Part shown: positions 35,317 to 43,481 of the stretch, piece by piece | Position numbering within the stretch: position 1 is the stretch's first letter | Layout: every line of letters begins with the position of its first letter | Assembly: GCA_900549225.1 (NCBI GenBank) | Contig: URNP01000002.1 | Location: 1,705 to 65,704 of the forward strand | Length of the DNA stretch: 64,000 nt | Direction of reading: 5' to 3' | Origin: an uncultured Eubacteriales bacterium | GTDB lineage: Bacteria > Bacillota > Clostridia > Christensenellales > CAG-917 | Notes under the pieces: model-generated | What the model was told of the DNA's origin: nothing | The model's database searches: none | Seen by the model: the letters and a program-made list of their open reading frames with translations, nothing else | Position numbers and translations under genes: made by a program

Positions 35317-35502
35317 ATGGCAGTACCTAAAAATAAAGTCTCAAAATCCAAAACGAATTCCCGTTTTGCAAACTGGAAACTCAAGACCCCCGGTCTCACC
35401 GAGTGCCCTCAATGCCACGAACTGATCAAGAGCCACCAAGTATGCCCGAAGTGTGGATACTATGATGGTGAACAGGTTGTTCAAAAAAAGTCCGAAAAAT
35501 AA
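35317..35502 (+). CDS. rpmF: 50S ribosomal protein L32
   Basis: MAVPKNKVSKSKTNSR.. with a CxxC..CxxC zinc ribbon. Confidence 0.95.
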   Translation: MAVPKNKVSKSKTNSRFANWKLKTPGLTECPQCHELIKSHQVCPKCGYYDGEQVVQKKSEK

Positions 35503-35503
35503 T

Positions 35504-35628
35504 TTAATGGCGCAAAATAGCGACTAACTTTGTCAGGCACGGCTTGCCACAAAATCACGTACGGAAAGTACGTTGGGTTTTGGTTCAAGTCGTGCCTTTC
35601 GCGTTATTCATCTATTTTGCGCCCTTAA
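35504..35628 (+). repeat. long interrupted hairpin element (family 1, full copy) directly after the rpmF stop
   Basis: Outer stem TTAA-t-GGCGCAAAATAG (35504-35520) / CTATTTTGCGCC-c-TTAA (35612-35628). Middle stem AGGCACGGCTTG (35535-35546) / CAAGTCGTGCCT (35586-35597) with one G:T pair. Apical CGTAC-GGAAA-GTACG at 35558-35572. Confidence 0.7.
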
Positions 35629-35700
35629 ATGCTGTTATTATCTTTTTTAGACAGTAACTAGCGTAGTAAATTAGGGTTGCTGTACAAGGGGCTTTTCCGC

Positions 35701-35730
35701 GCTCTTCATCTAAACAACGCCCTTAAATAC
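35701..35730. repeat. solo 3'-end module of family 1 (CGCTCTTCATCTAAACAACGCCCTTAAATA)
   Basis: Resembles the right end of the element at 35598-35630. No pairing partner was found. Confidence 0.45.
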
Positions 35731-35754
35731 TTCAAATAATTTGCAATGTCCGAA

Positions 35755-35832
35755 ATCACGTACAGGAAGTGCGTTAGGTTTTGGTTCAAGTCGTGCCTTT
35801 TGCGTTATTCATCTATTTTGCGTCATTAAATA
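35755..35832 (+). repeat. truncated family-1 copy (apical core plus right arm only)
   Basis: TCACGTACAGGAAGTGCGTTAGGTTTTGGTTCAAGTCGTGCCTTTTGCGTTATTCATCTATTTTGCGTCATTAAAT is about 90 percent identical to 35555-35630. The left arm is missing. Confidence 0.65.
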
Positions 35833-35915
35833 TTTTACTATCGTATATTTGTCAATCCAAATATTAATTGGTATAGCGAGAATATTTTCAATCAATCTTA
35901 ATCCGTATATTCTTC

Positions 35916-35944
35916 TTGTATTCCTCGGCGCTTCTTGATATAAT
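35916..35944 (+). promoter_or_regulatory. plsX promoter TTGTAT-17-(TG)aTATAAT
   Basis: -35 at 35916-35921 and an extended -10 TGATATAAT at 35936-35944. Confidence 0.55.
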
Positions 35945-35972
35945 GATCATATAAATCTATTATAGGTGATAT

Positions 35973-37001
35973 ATGAAAATTATCGTTGACGCTATGGGCG
36001 GTGATCACGCTCCGTTGCAAATAGTTTCGGGAGCGGTCGATGCTCTCAATCGGGATAAAAATTTGACCGTCGTGTTGGTCGGCGACGAAAACGCAATCAA
36101 CAAGTCTCTTGCCGAGTGCAAAGAATACGACAAGAACAGGCTGGATATAATCGACGCAAAGGATGTCATAACCAACGACGATACGCCCACGACTGCGATA
36201 AGAACCAAAAAGGAAAGTTCGCTCGTCAAGGCGTTTGACGCGCTCGTTCATGACGACGAAGCGGGCGGATTCGTATCCGCAGGCTCGACGGGCGCGGTGC
36301 TTGTCGGCGCATATCTGAAAGTCGGTCGCATCAAGGGTGTGACTCGTCCTGCGCTTGCGCCCGTGCTTCCCACGTTGAAGGGCAACGGGGTGGTGCTGTG
36401 CGATTGCGGCGCAAACGTTGACTGCAAGAGCATAAATCTCGTGCATTTTGCCATTATGGCAAGCGCGTACGCAACCGCTATGCTCGGCGCAAAAAATCCC
36501 CGCGTGGGACTTCTCAACAACGGAGTCGAGGAACATAAAGGCAACGAACTCACGAAGGAAGCGTATAAATTGCTTTCCGAAACCGAAGGTATCAATTTCG
36601 TTGGCAACTGCGAGGCAAGAGATATTCTCAGCGGAGATTTTGACGTTGTGGTGTGTGACGGATTCAACGGCAATATCGCGCTCAAATCCGCAGAAGGCAC
36701 GGCAAATACTATGCTTTCGCTCATCAAAGAGGGCGTGTACGGCGGTGGATTGAAGTCGAAACTCGGCGCGCTTATGCTCAAACCCGTGTTTGCGAACGTA
36801 AAAAAGAAAATGGACTACAACGCACACGGCGGCGCGTGCTTCCTCGGTGTGAAAAAAGTCGTGGTAAAATCGCACGGAGCGTCCAAAGCAAAGTCGATTA
36901 CAGCAAGCATTCTGCAAGCAAAATCGCTCGCAGAGAGCAGAATTTGCGATAAAATTGCCGACGGAATGAGCGTCCTTGCTCAAACGACCCAAGAGGCATA
37001 A
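35973..37001 (+). CDS. plsX: phosphate:acyl-ACP acyltransferase
   Basis: MKIIVDAMGGDHAP start, 342 aa. Confidence 0.95.
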   Translation: MKIIVDAMGGDHAPLQIVSGAVDALNRDKNLTVVLVGDENAINKSLAECKEYDKNRLDIIDAKDVITNDDTPTTAIRTKKESSLVKAFDALVHDDEAGGFVSAGSTGAVLVGAYLKVGRIKGVTRPALAPVLPTLKGNGVVLCDCGANVDCKSINLVHFAIMASAYATAMLGAKNPRVGLLNNGVEEHKGNELTKEAYKLLSETEGINFVGNCEARDILSGDFDVVVCDGFNGNIALKSAEGTANTMLSLIKEGVYGGGLKSKLGALMLKPVFANVKKKMDYNAHGGACFLGVKKVVVKSHGASKAKSITASILQAKSLAESRICDKIADGMSVLAQTTQEA

Positions 37002-37015
37002 AACGTTTGCTCGTT

Positions 37016-37702
37016 ATGGAAGAAAAAGATATAAAGAAAATCGAAAAAATCGTTGGATATACGTTTAAGGATAAAAGTCTTCTCGAGCGTGCGCTTACTC
37101 ACGGTTCGGCGTCCAAAAATGCGCTCGAAAACTATCAGTCGCTTGAGTTTTTGGGGGATAGTATTCTTGACTTTATCGCCGCGAAACGACTTATGGAAAT
37201 AAATCCGAACGCACACGAGGGCGCATTGACGAGAATCCGTGCGTCTATCGTGTCAAAAGAGCCTCTTGCCGAAGAAGTGAAAAAACTCGGACTTGAAAAG
37301 TACCTAATTGTAGGCAAGGGAGAGAATCTTGCGTATATAAGTTCGCAAGAGAAAATTATGTCGGATTTGTTTGAGTCGATGATTGCCGCAATCTATCTTG
37401 ACAGCAAAAGCATCGACGTTGCCGAAAAATTTATTCTTTCAAAACTTGCGGATTTGTTCAACGGCAAATGCAAACACTTCGGTGAAGAGGATTACAAGAG
37501 CAAACTCAACGAATTTGCATCGAGGAACGACGTTTCTGTTGCTTACGAAGAGATCGAGCGCACAGGCCCTGCTCACAATCCGAATTTCGTCGTCGAGGTG
37601 AAAATCAACACGTTCACTGCAGGCGTAGGCAAGGGTAAGACGAAGAGAGAGGCAGAGCAGAACGCCGCAAAAGTTGCTCTCGACGGAATTTTGAAAAAAT
37701 AA
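37016..37702 (+). CDS. rnc: ribonuclease III
   Basis: Signature NALENYQSLEFLGDSILDF and a C-terminal dsRBD (GPAHNPNF..GKGKTKREAEQNAA). Confidence 0.95.
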   Translation: MEEKDIKKIEKIVGYTFKDKSLLERALTHGSASKNALENYQSLEFLGDSILDFIAAKRLMEINPNAHEGALTRIRASIVSKEPLAEEVKKLGLEKYLIVGKGENLAYISSQEKIMSDLFESMIAAIYLDSKSIDVAEKFILSKLADLFNGKCKHFGEEDYKSKLNEFASRNDVSVAYEEIERTGPAHNPNFVVEVKINTFTAGVGKGKTKREAEQNAAKVALDGILKK

Positions 37703-37784
37703 AGAACGCAAATATTTGTCAAAATCGAAGTGTTGTATCGATGGTTTTGAGAAAAAATCAACAGATATCTTCATATTACTAAAA

Positions 37785-37792
37785 TGTTTCAC
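37785..37792. promoter_or_regulatory. parS half-site TGTTTCAC
   Basis: Exact left half of the parS consensus TGTTTCACGTGAAACA, just before the rnc terminator. Confidence 0.35.
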
Positions 37793-37823
37793 AAAAAGTC
37801 GCAAGCGCAAGTTGCGACTTTTT
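37793..37823 (+). terminator. rnc terminator
   Basis: Stem AGTCGCAA (37797-37804) / TTGCGACT (37812-37819), followed by TTTTT. Confidence 0.8.
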
Positions 37824-37872
37824 CAATATTCTAACTGCATTAAATTTATATTTATCTTTCAAAATCAAAATA

Positions 37873-37905
37873 TGTTTCACGCTTGCTGTGAAACTTGTGT
37901 GAAAC
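37873..37905. promoter_or_regulatory. split parS-like element TGTTTCAC-gcttgct-GTGAAAC-ttgt-GTGAAACA
   Basis: Half-sites at 37873-37880 (forward), 37888-37894 and 37898-37905 (reverse). Deleting 37881-37897 would give a perfect 16-bp parS. The element is 78 nt upstream of the smc start. Confidence 0.4.
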
Positions 37906-37982
37906 ATAATAAAAACCGCTTGAAAACGCCGCGTCTTTATGCTATTATTTATTAGTATTAAAATAAGGTTAGGTATACGATT

Positions 37983-40900
37983 TTGTTAAATTTCGTCAAA
38001 ATCGAAGCGAGAGGCTTTAAGTCTTTTGCGGATAAAATCGAGATTCCCTTTCAAGAGGGTGTAACGGCGATTATCGGTCCGAACGGGTGCGGTAAATCGA
38101 ACGTTGCCGACGCTATTCGCTGGACTTTGGGCGAACAGAGCGCAAAATCCCTGCGCGGTAAAAACATGCAAGACGTCATTTTTGCCGGTACGGAAAAGCG
38201 TAAAAGCATGTCCTATTGCGAAGTTTCCCTCGTTTTCAACAACTCCGATCAGCATATTTTCCCGACTATGCCGTTTGAAGAAGTGGTTATCACAAGAAAA
38301 CTCGACCGTAGCGGTTTGAGTGAGTACTACATAAATCACAATCGTGTTCGTATGCGCGATATCATTTCACTCTTCCACGACACGGGTATCGGCAAGGAAG
38401 GATATTCAATCATCGGACAGGGCAGAGTTGCGGAAATTATGTCTGCAAAACCCGGCGATCGTCGTCAGATATTCGAAGAGGCGGCAGGCATATCCAAGTT
38501 CCGTGCGCAACGTACGGAAGCGGAGAGAAAACTCGAAAAAACCGCCGTCAATCTCGAAACGGCAAATCAGGTTATCGACGAGATTCAAAAGCAGATAAAT
38601 CCGCTCAAAAAACAAGCCGAAACCGCCGAAAAATACTTTGCTCTCAAAGACGACCTCAAAAAGAACGAGGTCAATCTCTACATTTACAATTACGAAAACA
38701 ATCAGAGCATAAAGCAAAAGATTTACGACCGTCTTGCCGCAAGCGAAAAAGAACTCAAACTCAAAGAGATGCAACTCAACGAGTGCATAAAGAAATACGA
38801 CGATTGCATCAGAGAATCCGCAGGCATCGACAGACTCTACGACCAAAGCAACAGCGAATTGATCGCACTCAAAGTCGACGCGGCAAAAATCGAAGGCGCG
38901 GCAGGCGTTTTGCAAGAGAAAATCAATCATATTCAAAGCGAAATCAAACGTTTGAACAGCGAATTGACTTCCATCGACAATCAACTCACGGTGTCGGGAC
39001 AACTCATTCAAAAAGCCGAAGAAAAGAAAGAGACGGAGTTTGAAATCTACCTTCAAACGAGCAGAGAAGCGGAGGCGTTGCAACAAAAGTACGCGTTGCT
39101 TTCAAAATCGCTTGCAGGTGCTGAAACAGACCTCGAAGCGCGCAATATCGACTACGTCAAAGCAATAGAAGACCTCGGCGCTCTCAAATCCAACCTTTCG
39201 GGATTCATTGCCGAAAAAGGCATCAACGACGAGAGAGCAAAGACGCTTTTATCCCTCGTGAATCAACAAAAAGCACGCCTTGACGAAGAACTTACCAATC
39301 TTGCCATTTACGACGGAAAAGTCAAGTCGACCAAAGAGCGTATGCGCGCCCTTATGAGCGAGTACAACGAGGCGTTGTCCACGAAACTCGAAAATCAAGA
39401 AGCGATTCAAAGTTATGCGGAGGATATCGTAAGTCTCAACTCAAAACTCGGCCTTGCGCAGGGCAATCTCAACCTTTTGACTTCGATCAAGAACGAGTAT
39501 TCGGGCTATCAGGAAGCCGTGAAACGACTCATGCAAGACAGCAAGCACGATCCCGTTATCGGCGGAAAAATCTGGGGCGTTCTTGCAGAGGTTATCACAG
39601 TTCCGAGCGATTTTGAAGCGGCAATCGAGTACGCTTTGGGCGGCGCAATGCAAAACGTGTTGGTTGAAACCGAGCGCGACGCAAGCGACCTCATCAATTA
39701 TTTAAAACAGAAAGGTTACGGACGCGTCACGTTCAGACCTCTCACTTCTTGTCGTCCTCGCCCGCTTACGGGCGAAAACAGAGGCGTTCTCACAGAGCCC
39801 GGTTGCTACGGTCTTGCGAGCGATCTTATCAAATACGATAAGAAATTCGACGGATTCGTACAGACGCTTTTGGGCGGCACTGTGGTCGTAAACAATATCG
39901 ACAACGCAATCAGAATTTTCAAAAAATACAATCAGTCGATAAAAATCGTCACTTTGGACGGTGAAATTTTCTCCCGCGGCGGTGAAATCACCGGCGGTTC
40001 GAGAAGGTCGCAAACGCAAGGTCTTCTCGCACAGGAAAAGAAAATCGAGCAGGCTCAGGCAAATCTTGAAAAAATCAAGAACAATATCGCGCTTATCAAC
40101 AATCAGCGCGCCGAGCGTGAGCAAGAACTCAAGGATTTGTCGGACAGAATCGAGCAACTCAACCAAGAAATCAGCGAATTGCGCATCGAAAACGGCTTGA
40201 ACGAGGACAAATCCAAACAAGCGTACGAGGTCACTCAGTCCTTGCAAGCGGAAATCTCCAAAAACGCCGAGGAATACGAAATCGTCAAAGCGCGTATCAA
40301 GGAACTCGAAGAAAAGATGAGTTCTATCGATGAACTCGAAAAGGTTGTCGCAGAAAAGAAGGAAGAGTACACCTCGTTGCTCGAAAATTCCAAGAGCACT
40401 AGCACGGAGCAAAAGAGCGAAAGAGAAACTATGGCAGAGCAAGTGACGGAGATAAGAGTCAAACTTGCAGGTCATAAGAGTATTCTCGACGCTTGCGATC
40501 AGGATTTGTTCCGTTTCAAACGCGAAAGAGAAGCATTGGAAGATGAAAAACTCGACGTTATCGCTTCCTTGAAACTCGAACAACAAAATCTCGACAATAT
40601 CAGCAACGCGCCCGAAAAGACGACTTTCTCCAAAGAGGACGAAGCGCGTATTGCTGCGCTTGAAAAGCAGATTGCAGACCTCAACGTAAGAAAGCGCACC
40701 ATTTCCGACGAAATCGTGTCCCTCGATCAAGATAAGACACGCATTTCCGAAGAGAGAATGGCTGTCAACGAAAAGAAAGTTCGTGACGAAAATATGCTTG
40801 AAAACGTCGATATCGAAATGCGTACGCAACAACAGCATATACTCGAAGAGTATGACTTGACTTACGCAAGCGCGGTTGAATTCAAAGATCCCGAATTTAA

Positions 40901-41573
40901 GGCGTACGGTGCGTTGACTGTTATTTCAGAACTCAAAAAGTCGATCAACAGACTCGGTGACGTAAACCCGCTCGCTCTTCAAACCCTCAAAGAAACCGAA
41001 GAGAGATTGCAAGAGCAAACCACGTATCGCGACGATATTCAAAAAGCGTACGACGATATCGTCACAATTATCAACGAACTTACGGGCGAGATGCAAACCA
41101 AATTCTCCGACGCGTTCGATCAAATAAGCGAAAACTTTAAGGACGTGTTCCAACAACTCTTCGGTGGCGGCAAGGGCGAACTTCGCCTCAATATGCAAGA
41201 CACCGACGACGTTCTCGAAGCAGGTATCGACATCTATGCTCAACCTCCGGGAAAGAAACTGCAAAACATCAGCCTTTTGAGCGGCGGCGAGCAGGCATTG
41301 ACGGCAATCTCGATTTTGTTTGCAATCCTCAAACTCAAACCGATGCCGTTCTGCGTTCTCGACGAAATCGAAGCGGCACTCGACGATGCAAACGTCAACT
41401 TGTTTGCGGAATTCCTCAAAAAATTCAGCGACTATACGCAGTTTATCGTCATCACGCACAGAAAACCGACCATGCGCCACGCAGATACGATTTTCGGTGT
41501 CACGATGGAAGAGAAGGGCGTTACGAAGATAGTCTCAATCGAGTTTGAAGAGGCGGCGAAACACGCAAAATAA
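37983..41573 (+). CDS. smc: chromosome segregation protein SMC
   Basis: 1196 aa with a TTG start. Walker A GPNGCGKSN, long coiled coils, a hinge, and C-terminal LSGGEQALTAISILFA plus Walker B CVLDEIEAALD. Confidence 0.95.
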   Translation: MLNFVKIEARGFKSFADKIEIPFQEGVTAIIGPNGCGKSNVADAIRWTLGEQSAKSLRGKNMQDVIFAGTEKRKSMSYCEVSLVFNNSDQHIFPTMPFEEVVITRKLDRSGLSEYYINHNRVRMRDIISLFHDTGIGKEGYSIIGQGRVAEIMSAKPGDRRQIFEEAAGISKFRAQRTEAERKLEKTAVNLETANQVIDEIQKQINPLKKQAETAEKYFALKDDLKKNEVNLYIYNYENNQSIKQKIYDRLAASEKELKLKEMQLNECIKKYDDCIRESAGIDRLYDQSNSELIALKVDAAKIEGAAGVLQEKINHIQSEIKRLNSELTSIDNQLTVSGQLIQKAEEKKETEFEIYLQTSREAEALQQKYALLSKSLAGAETDLEARNIDYVKAIEDLGALKSNLSGFIAEKGINDERAKTLLSLVNQQKARLDEELTNLAIYDGKVKSTKERMRALMSEYNEALSTKLENQEAIQSYAEDIVSLNSKLGLAQGNLNLLTSIKNEYSGYQEAVKRLMQDSKHDPVIGGKIWGVLAEVITVPSDFEAAIEYALGGAMQNVLVETERDASDLINYLKQKGYGRVTFRPLTSCRPRPLTGENRGVLTEPGCYGLASDLIKYDKKFDGFVQTLLGGTVVVNNIDNAIRIFKKYNQSIKIVTLDGEIFSRGGEITGGSRRSQTQGLLAQEKKIEQAQANLEKIKNNIALINNQRAEREQELKDLSDRIEQLNQEISELRIENGLNEDKSKQAYEVTQSLQAEISKNAEEYEIVKARIKELEEKMSSIDELEKVVAEKKEEYTSLLENSKSTSTEQKSERETMAEQVTEIRVKLAGHKSILDACDQDLFRFKREREALEDEKLDVIASLKLEQQNLDNISNAPEKTTFSKEDEARIAALEKQIADLNVRKRTISDEIVSLDQDKTRISEERMAVNEKKVRDENMLENVDIEMRTQQQHILEEYDLTYASAVEFKDPEFKAYGALTVISELKKSINRLGDVNPLALQTLKETEERLQEQTTYRDDIQKAYDDIVTIINELTGEMQTKFSDAFDQISENFKDVFQQLFGGGKGELRLNMQDTDDVLEAGIDIYAQPPGKKLQNISLLSGGEQALTAISILFAILKLKPMPFCVLDEIEAALDDANVNLFAEFLKKFSDYTQFIVITHRKPTMRHADTIFGVTMEEKGVTKIVSIEFEEAAKHAK

Positions 41574-41582
41574 TCGTCGCTA

Positions 41583-41641
41583 AGGCAACGGCAACACGCA
41601 GGTGTGCGTATTGCCGAGAGCCTTGCTAGATTATTTTGCTA
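41583..41641 (+). repeat. 59-nt direct repeat D1 containing a hairpin (family 2)
   Basis: AGGCAACGGCAACACGCAGGTGTGCGTATTGCCGAGAGCCTTGCTAGATTATTTTGCTA. The inner stem is CGGCAACACGCA / TGCGTATTGCCG. It starts 10 nt after the smc stop. Confidence 0.7.
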
Positions 41642-41646
41642 CTACC

Positions 41647-41754
41647 GCACAATCGTTCGCCTGCTATCAAATCAAGCACGGATAAGAACTCCTGCCACAA
41701 TTTTGCACGAACGCTTGTTTGGTTGATACGCCTACGGCGTTAGGTGGATTGTGC
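41647..41754 (+). other. multi-stem structured module in the smc-ftsY spacer
   Basis: Closing 8-bp helix GCACAATC (41647-41654) / GATTGTGC (41747-41754). Inner stems CGTTCG (41654-41659) / CGAACG (41708-41713) and ACGCC (41728-41732) / GGCGT (41736-41740). It also contains the motif GCTATCAAATCAAGCACGGATAAGAACTCC. Confidence 0.35.
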
Positions 41755-41782
41755 CTAATGCAAAACAGGAAATAATTAATAT

Positions 41783-41841
41783 AGGCAACGGCGACACGCT
41801 AGTATGCGTATTGTCGAGAGCCTTGCTAGATTATTTTGCTA
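41783..41841 (+). repeat. 59-nt direct repeat D2 (family 2)
   Basis: About 90 percent identical to D1 and offset by exactly 200 bp. Two of its substitutions turn Watson-Crick pairs of the D1 stem into G:U pairs when read on the plus strand. Confidence 0.7.
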
Positions 41842-41940
41842 TCGCACAACTTGCTCAAATAGCGTTGCGGTGAAAGCAACAAATAAATATTGCTTGACAC
41901 CGCACTTGTTCTCGCAATCCTAACCGCGCAGAGAATTTGT

Positions 41941-41978
41941 GCTATCAGTTCGGACACGGATAAAACCTCACACCGCAG
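41941..41978 (+). repeat. second copy of the GCTATCA..CACGGATAA.A.CTC motif
   Basis: GCTATCAGTTCGGACACGGATAAAACCTCACACCGCAG compared with 41663-41699 GCTATCAAATCAAGCACGGATAAGAACTCCTGCCACA. Confidence 0.4.
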
Positions 41979-42063
41979 TTCCGCTATTTCGCTTGCTTGG
42001 TGTGTGCGCACTTTTGTGCGTGAGCTGATAACAACAAAATATAAATATCTATTAAGGTGAATT

Positions 42064-42957
42064 ATGGGATTTTTTCAAAAAATCGTACAAGGGATAAAGA
42101 AAACCAAAGACGCGTTTTCAAAGAAACTCTTTTTTGCATTCTCCGCAAGAGAACTTGACGACGAGTTTTACGAGAATCTCGAAGAAGCGCTCTTGACGGC
42201 TGACGTCGGTATCACTGCGACAGAGAATCTAATCGAAGAACTCAAGGATGAGATTTTCAAGCGCAAAATCAAAAAGCCCGAAGACGCAAAGGGCGTGCTT
42301 GCCGAGCTTATGACGCAAGATATCGACTACGATATCCCTGAATACGAGTATCCTCTCGTTATTCTGCTTTCGGGCGTAAACGGCGTTGGCAAAACAACTG
42401 CTATCGGGAAACTTGCTCATATGTTTAAAGAGCAAGGTCATTCCGTTGTCGTAGCCGCCGCAGATACGTTCAGAGCCGCCGCAAGCGAGCAACTCGAAGT
42501 ATGGGGACAGCGTGCAGGGGTGAGAGTCATTCGTCACAACGAAGGCGCAGACCCTGCGGCAGTCGTATTTGACGCCATATCGTCCGCAAAAGCGAAAGGT
42601 AACGACGTGATTTTAGTGGATACCGCAGGCAGACTTCACAACAAAAAGAATCTTATGGCGGAACTTCAAAAGATTTGCCGAGTCGTTGAAAGAGAATTGC
42701 CGAACGCAGACTTTAGAAAATTCCTCGTTCTCGACGCAACCACGGGGCAAAACGCCGTGTCGCAAGCCGAAATATTCAGCGAAGATATCGACACGGACGG
42801 CATAATTCTCACCAAACTCGACGGAACGGCAAAGGGCGGAGTTGTGCTTGCAATCAGCGAGGAACTCGGACTTCCCGTCGTATACGTTGGTGTGGGTGAA
42901 AAAATCGACGATTTGATTCCGTTTGACGCAAAAGACTTCATTCAAGCGTTGCTGTAA
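42064..42957 (+). CDS. ftsY: SRP receptor FtsY (short form, NG domain)
   Basis: GVNGVGKTT, DTAGRLHNK and TKLDGTAKGG motifs. Confidence 0.95.
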   Translation: MGFFQKIVQGIKKTKDAFSKKLFFAFSARELDDEFYENLEEALLTADVGITATENLIEELKDEIFKRKIKKPEDAKGVLAELMTQDIDYDIPEYEYPLVILLSGVNGVGKTTAIGKLAHMFKEQGHSVVVAAADTFRAAASEQLEVWGQRAGVRVIRHNEGADPAAVVFDAISSAKAKGNDVILVDTAGRLHNKKNLMAELQKICRVVERELPNADFRKFLVLDATTGQNAVSQAEIFSEDIDTDGIILTKLDGTAKGGVVLAISEELGLPVVYVGVGEKIDDLIPFDAKDFIQALL

Positions 42958-43086
42958 TCGAGAATGAATATGTTCCGTGATTGACCTAATCTCGTTTGAA
43001 TAAAACCGAATACGGTCGATTTTCGAAAAAAGATATTATGTTTTGAATCATTATTGATATAGTTTTGTTATAACCTAAATAAATTT

Positions 43087-43135
43087 AAGGTGTCTTGCAA
43101 AAATGCTTGACACCTTTTTTATTTGGGAGTATCAT
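43087..43135 (+). promoter_or_regulatory. ftsY terminator hairpin overlapping the ylxM-ffh promoter TTGACA-17-TATCAT
   Basis: Stem AAGGTGTC (43087-43094) / GACACCTT (43109-43116), followed by TTTTTT. The -35 TTGACA is at 43107-43112 and the -10 TATCAT at 43130-43135. Confidence 0.55.
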
Positions 43136-43166
43136 AGTGTCAAGTTGAAATGCTTGATAGGGTGAT

Positions 43167-43481
43167 ATGGATAGATTTGAAATTTCCACGCTCAGAAGTT
43201 ATTACGGCGCGCTTCTGACTCAAAGACAAAACGATATGCTCGTTATGCATTATGACGAGGATTTGTCTTTCGGGGAGATTGCAAATATCGTCGGCATTTC
43301 ACGCCAAGCCGTTCTTGACGGCATAAACAAGGGTGAGAAACACCTTTGCGAGTATGAAGAAAGACTTCGTCTTGTCGAGAAAGACAGAAAAATTCACGCC
43401 GTCATCGACAAACTCGATACGATCGAGAACGATACGGTGAAACGTTGCGCCGAACAACTGAGGCAGTTATTGGAGGAATAA
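43167..43481 (+). CDS. ylxM: YlxM/UPF0122 putative DNA-binding protein (sigma region-4-like)
   Basis: 104 aa immediately upstream of ffh, which is the conserved position. The motif LSFGEIANIVGISRQAV is present. Confidence 0.85.
   Translation: MDRFEISTLRSYYGALLTQRQNDMLVMHYDEDLSFGEIANIVGISRQAVLDGINKGEKHLCEYEERLRLVEKDRKIHAVIDKLDTIENDTVKRCAEQLRQLLEE

Noticed and set aside
41583-41841. Direct repeats D1/D2 as a mini-CRISPR array
   Set aside because: There are only two copies. They are 59 nt long and 10 percent diverged, with a 141-nt structured 'spacer'. There are no cas genes and no leader.
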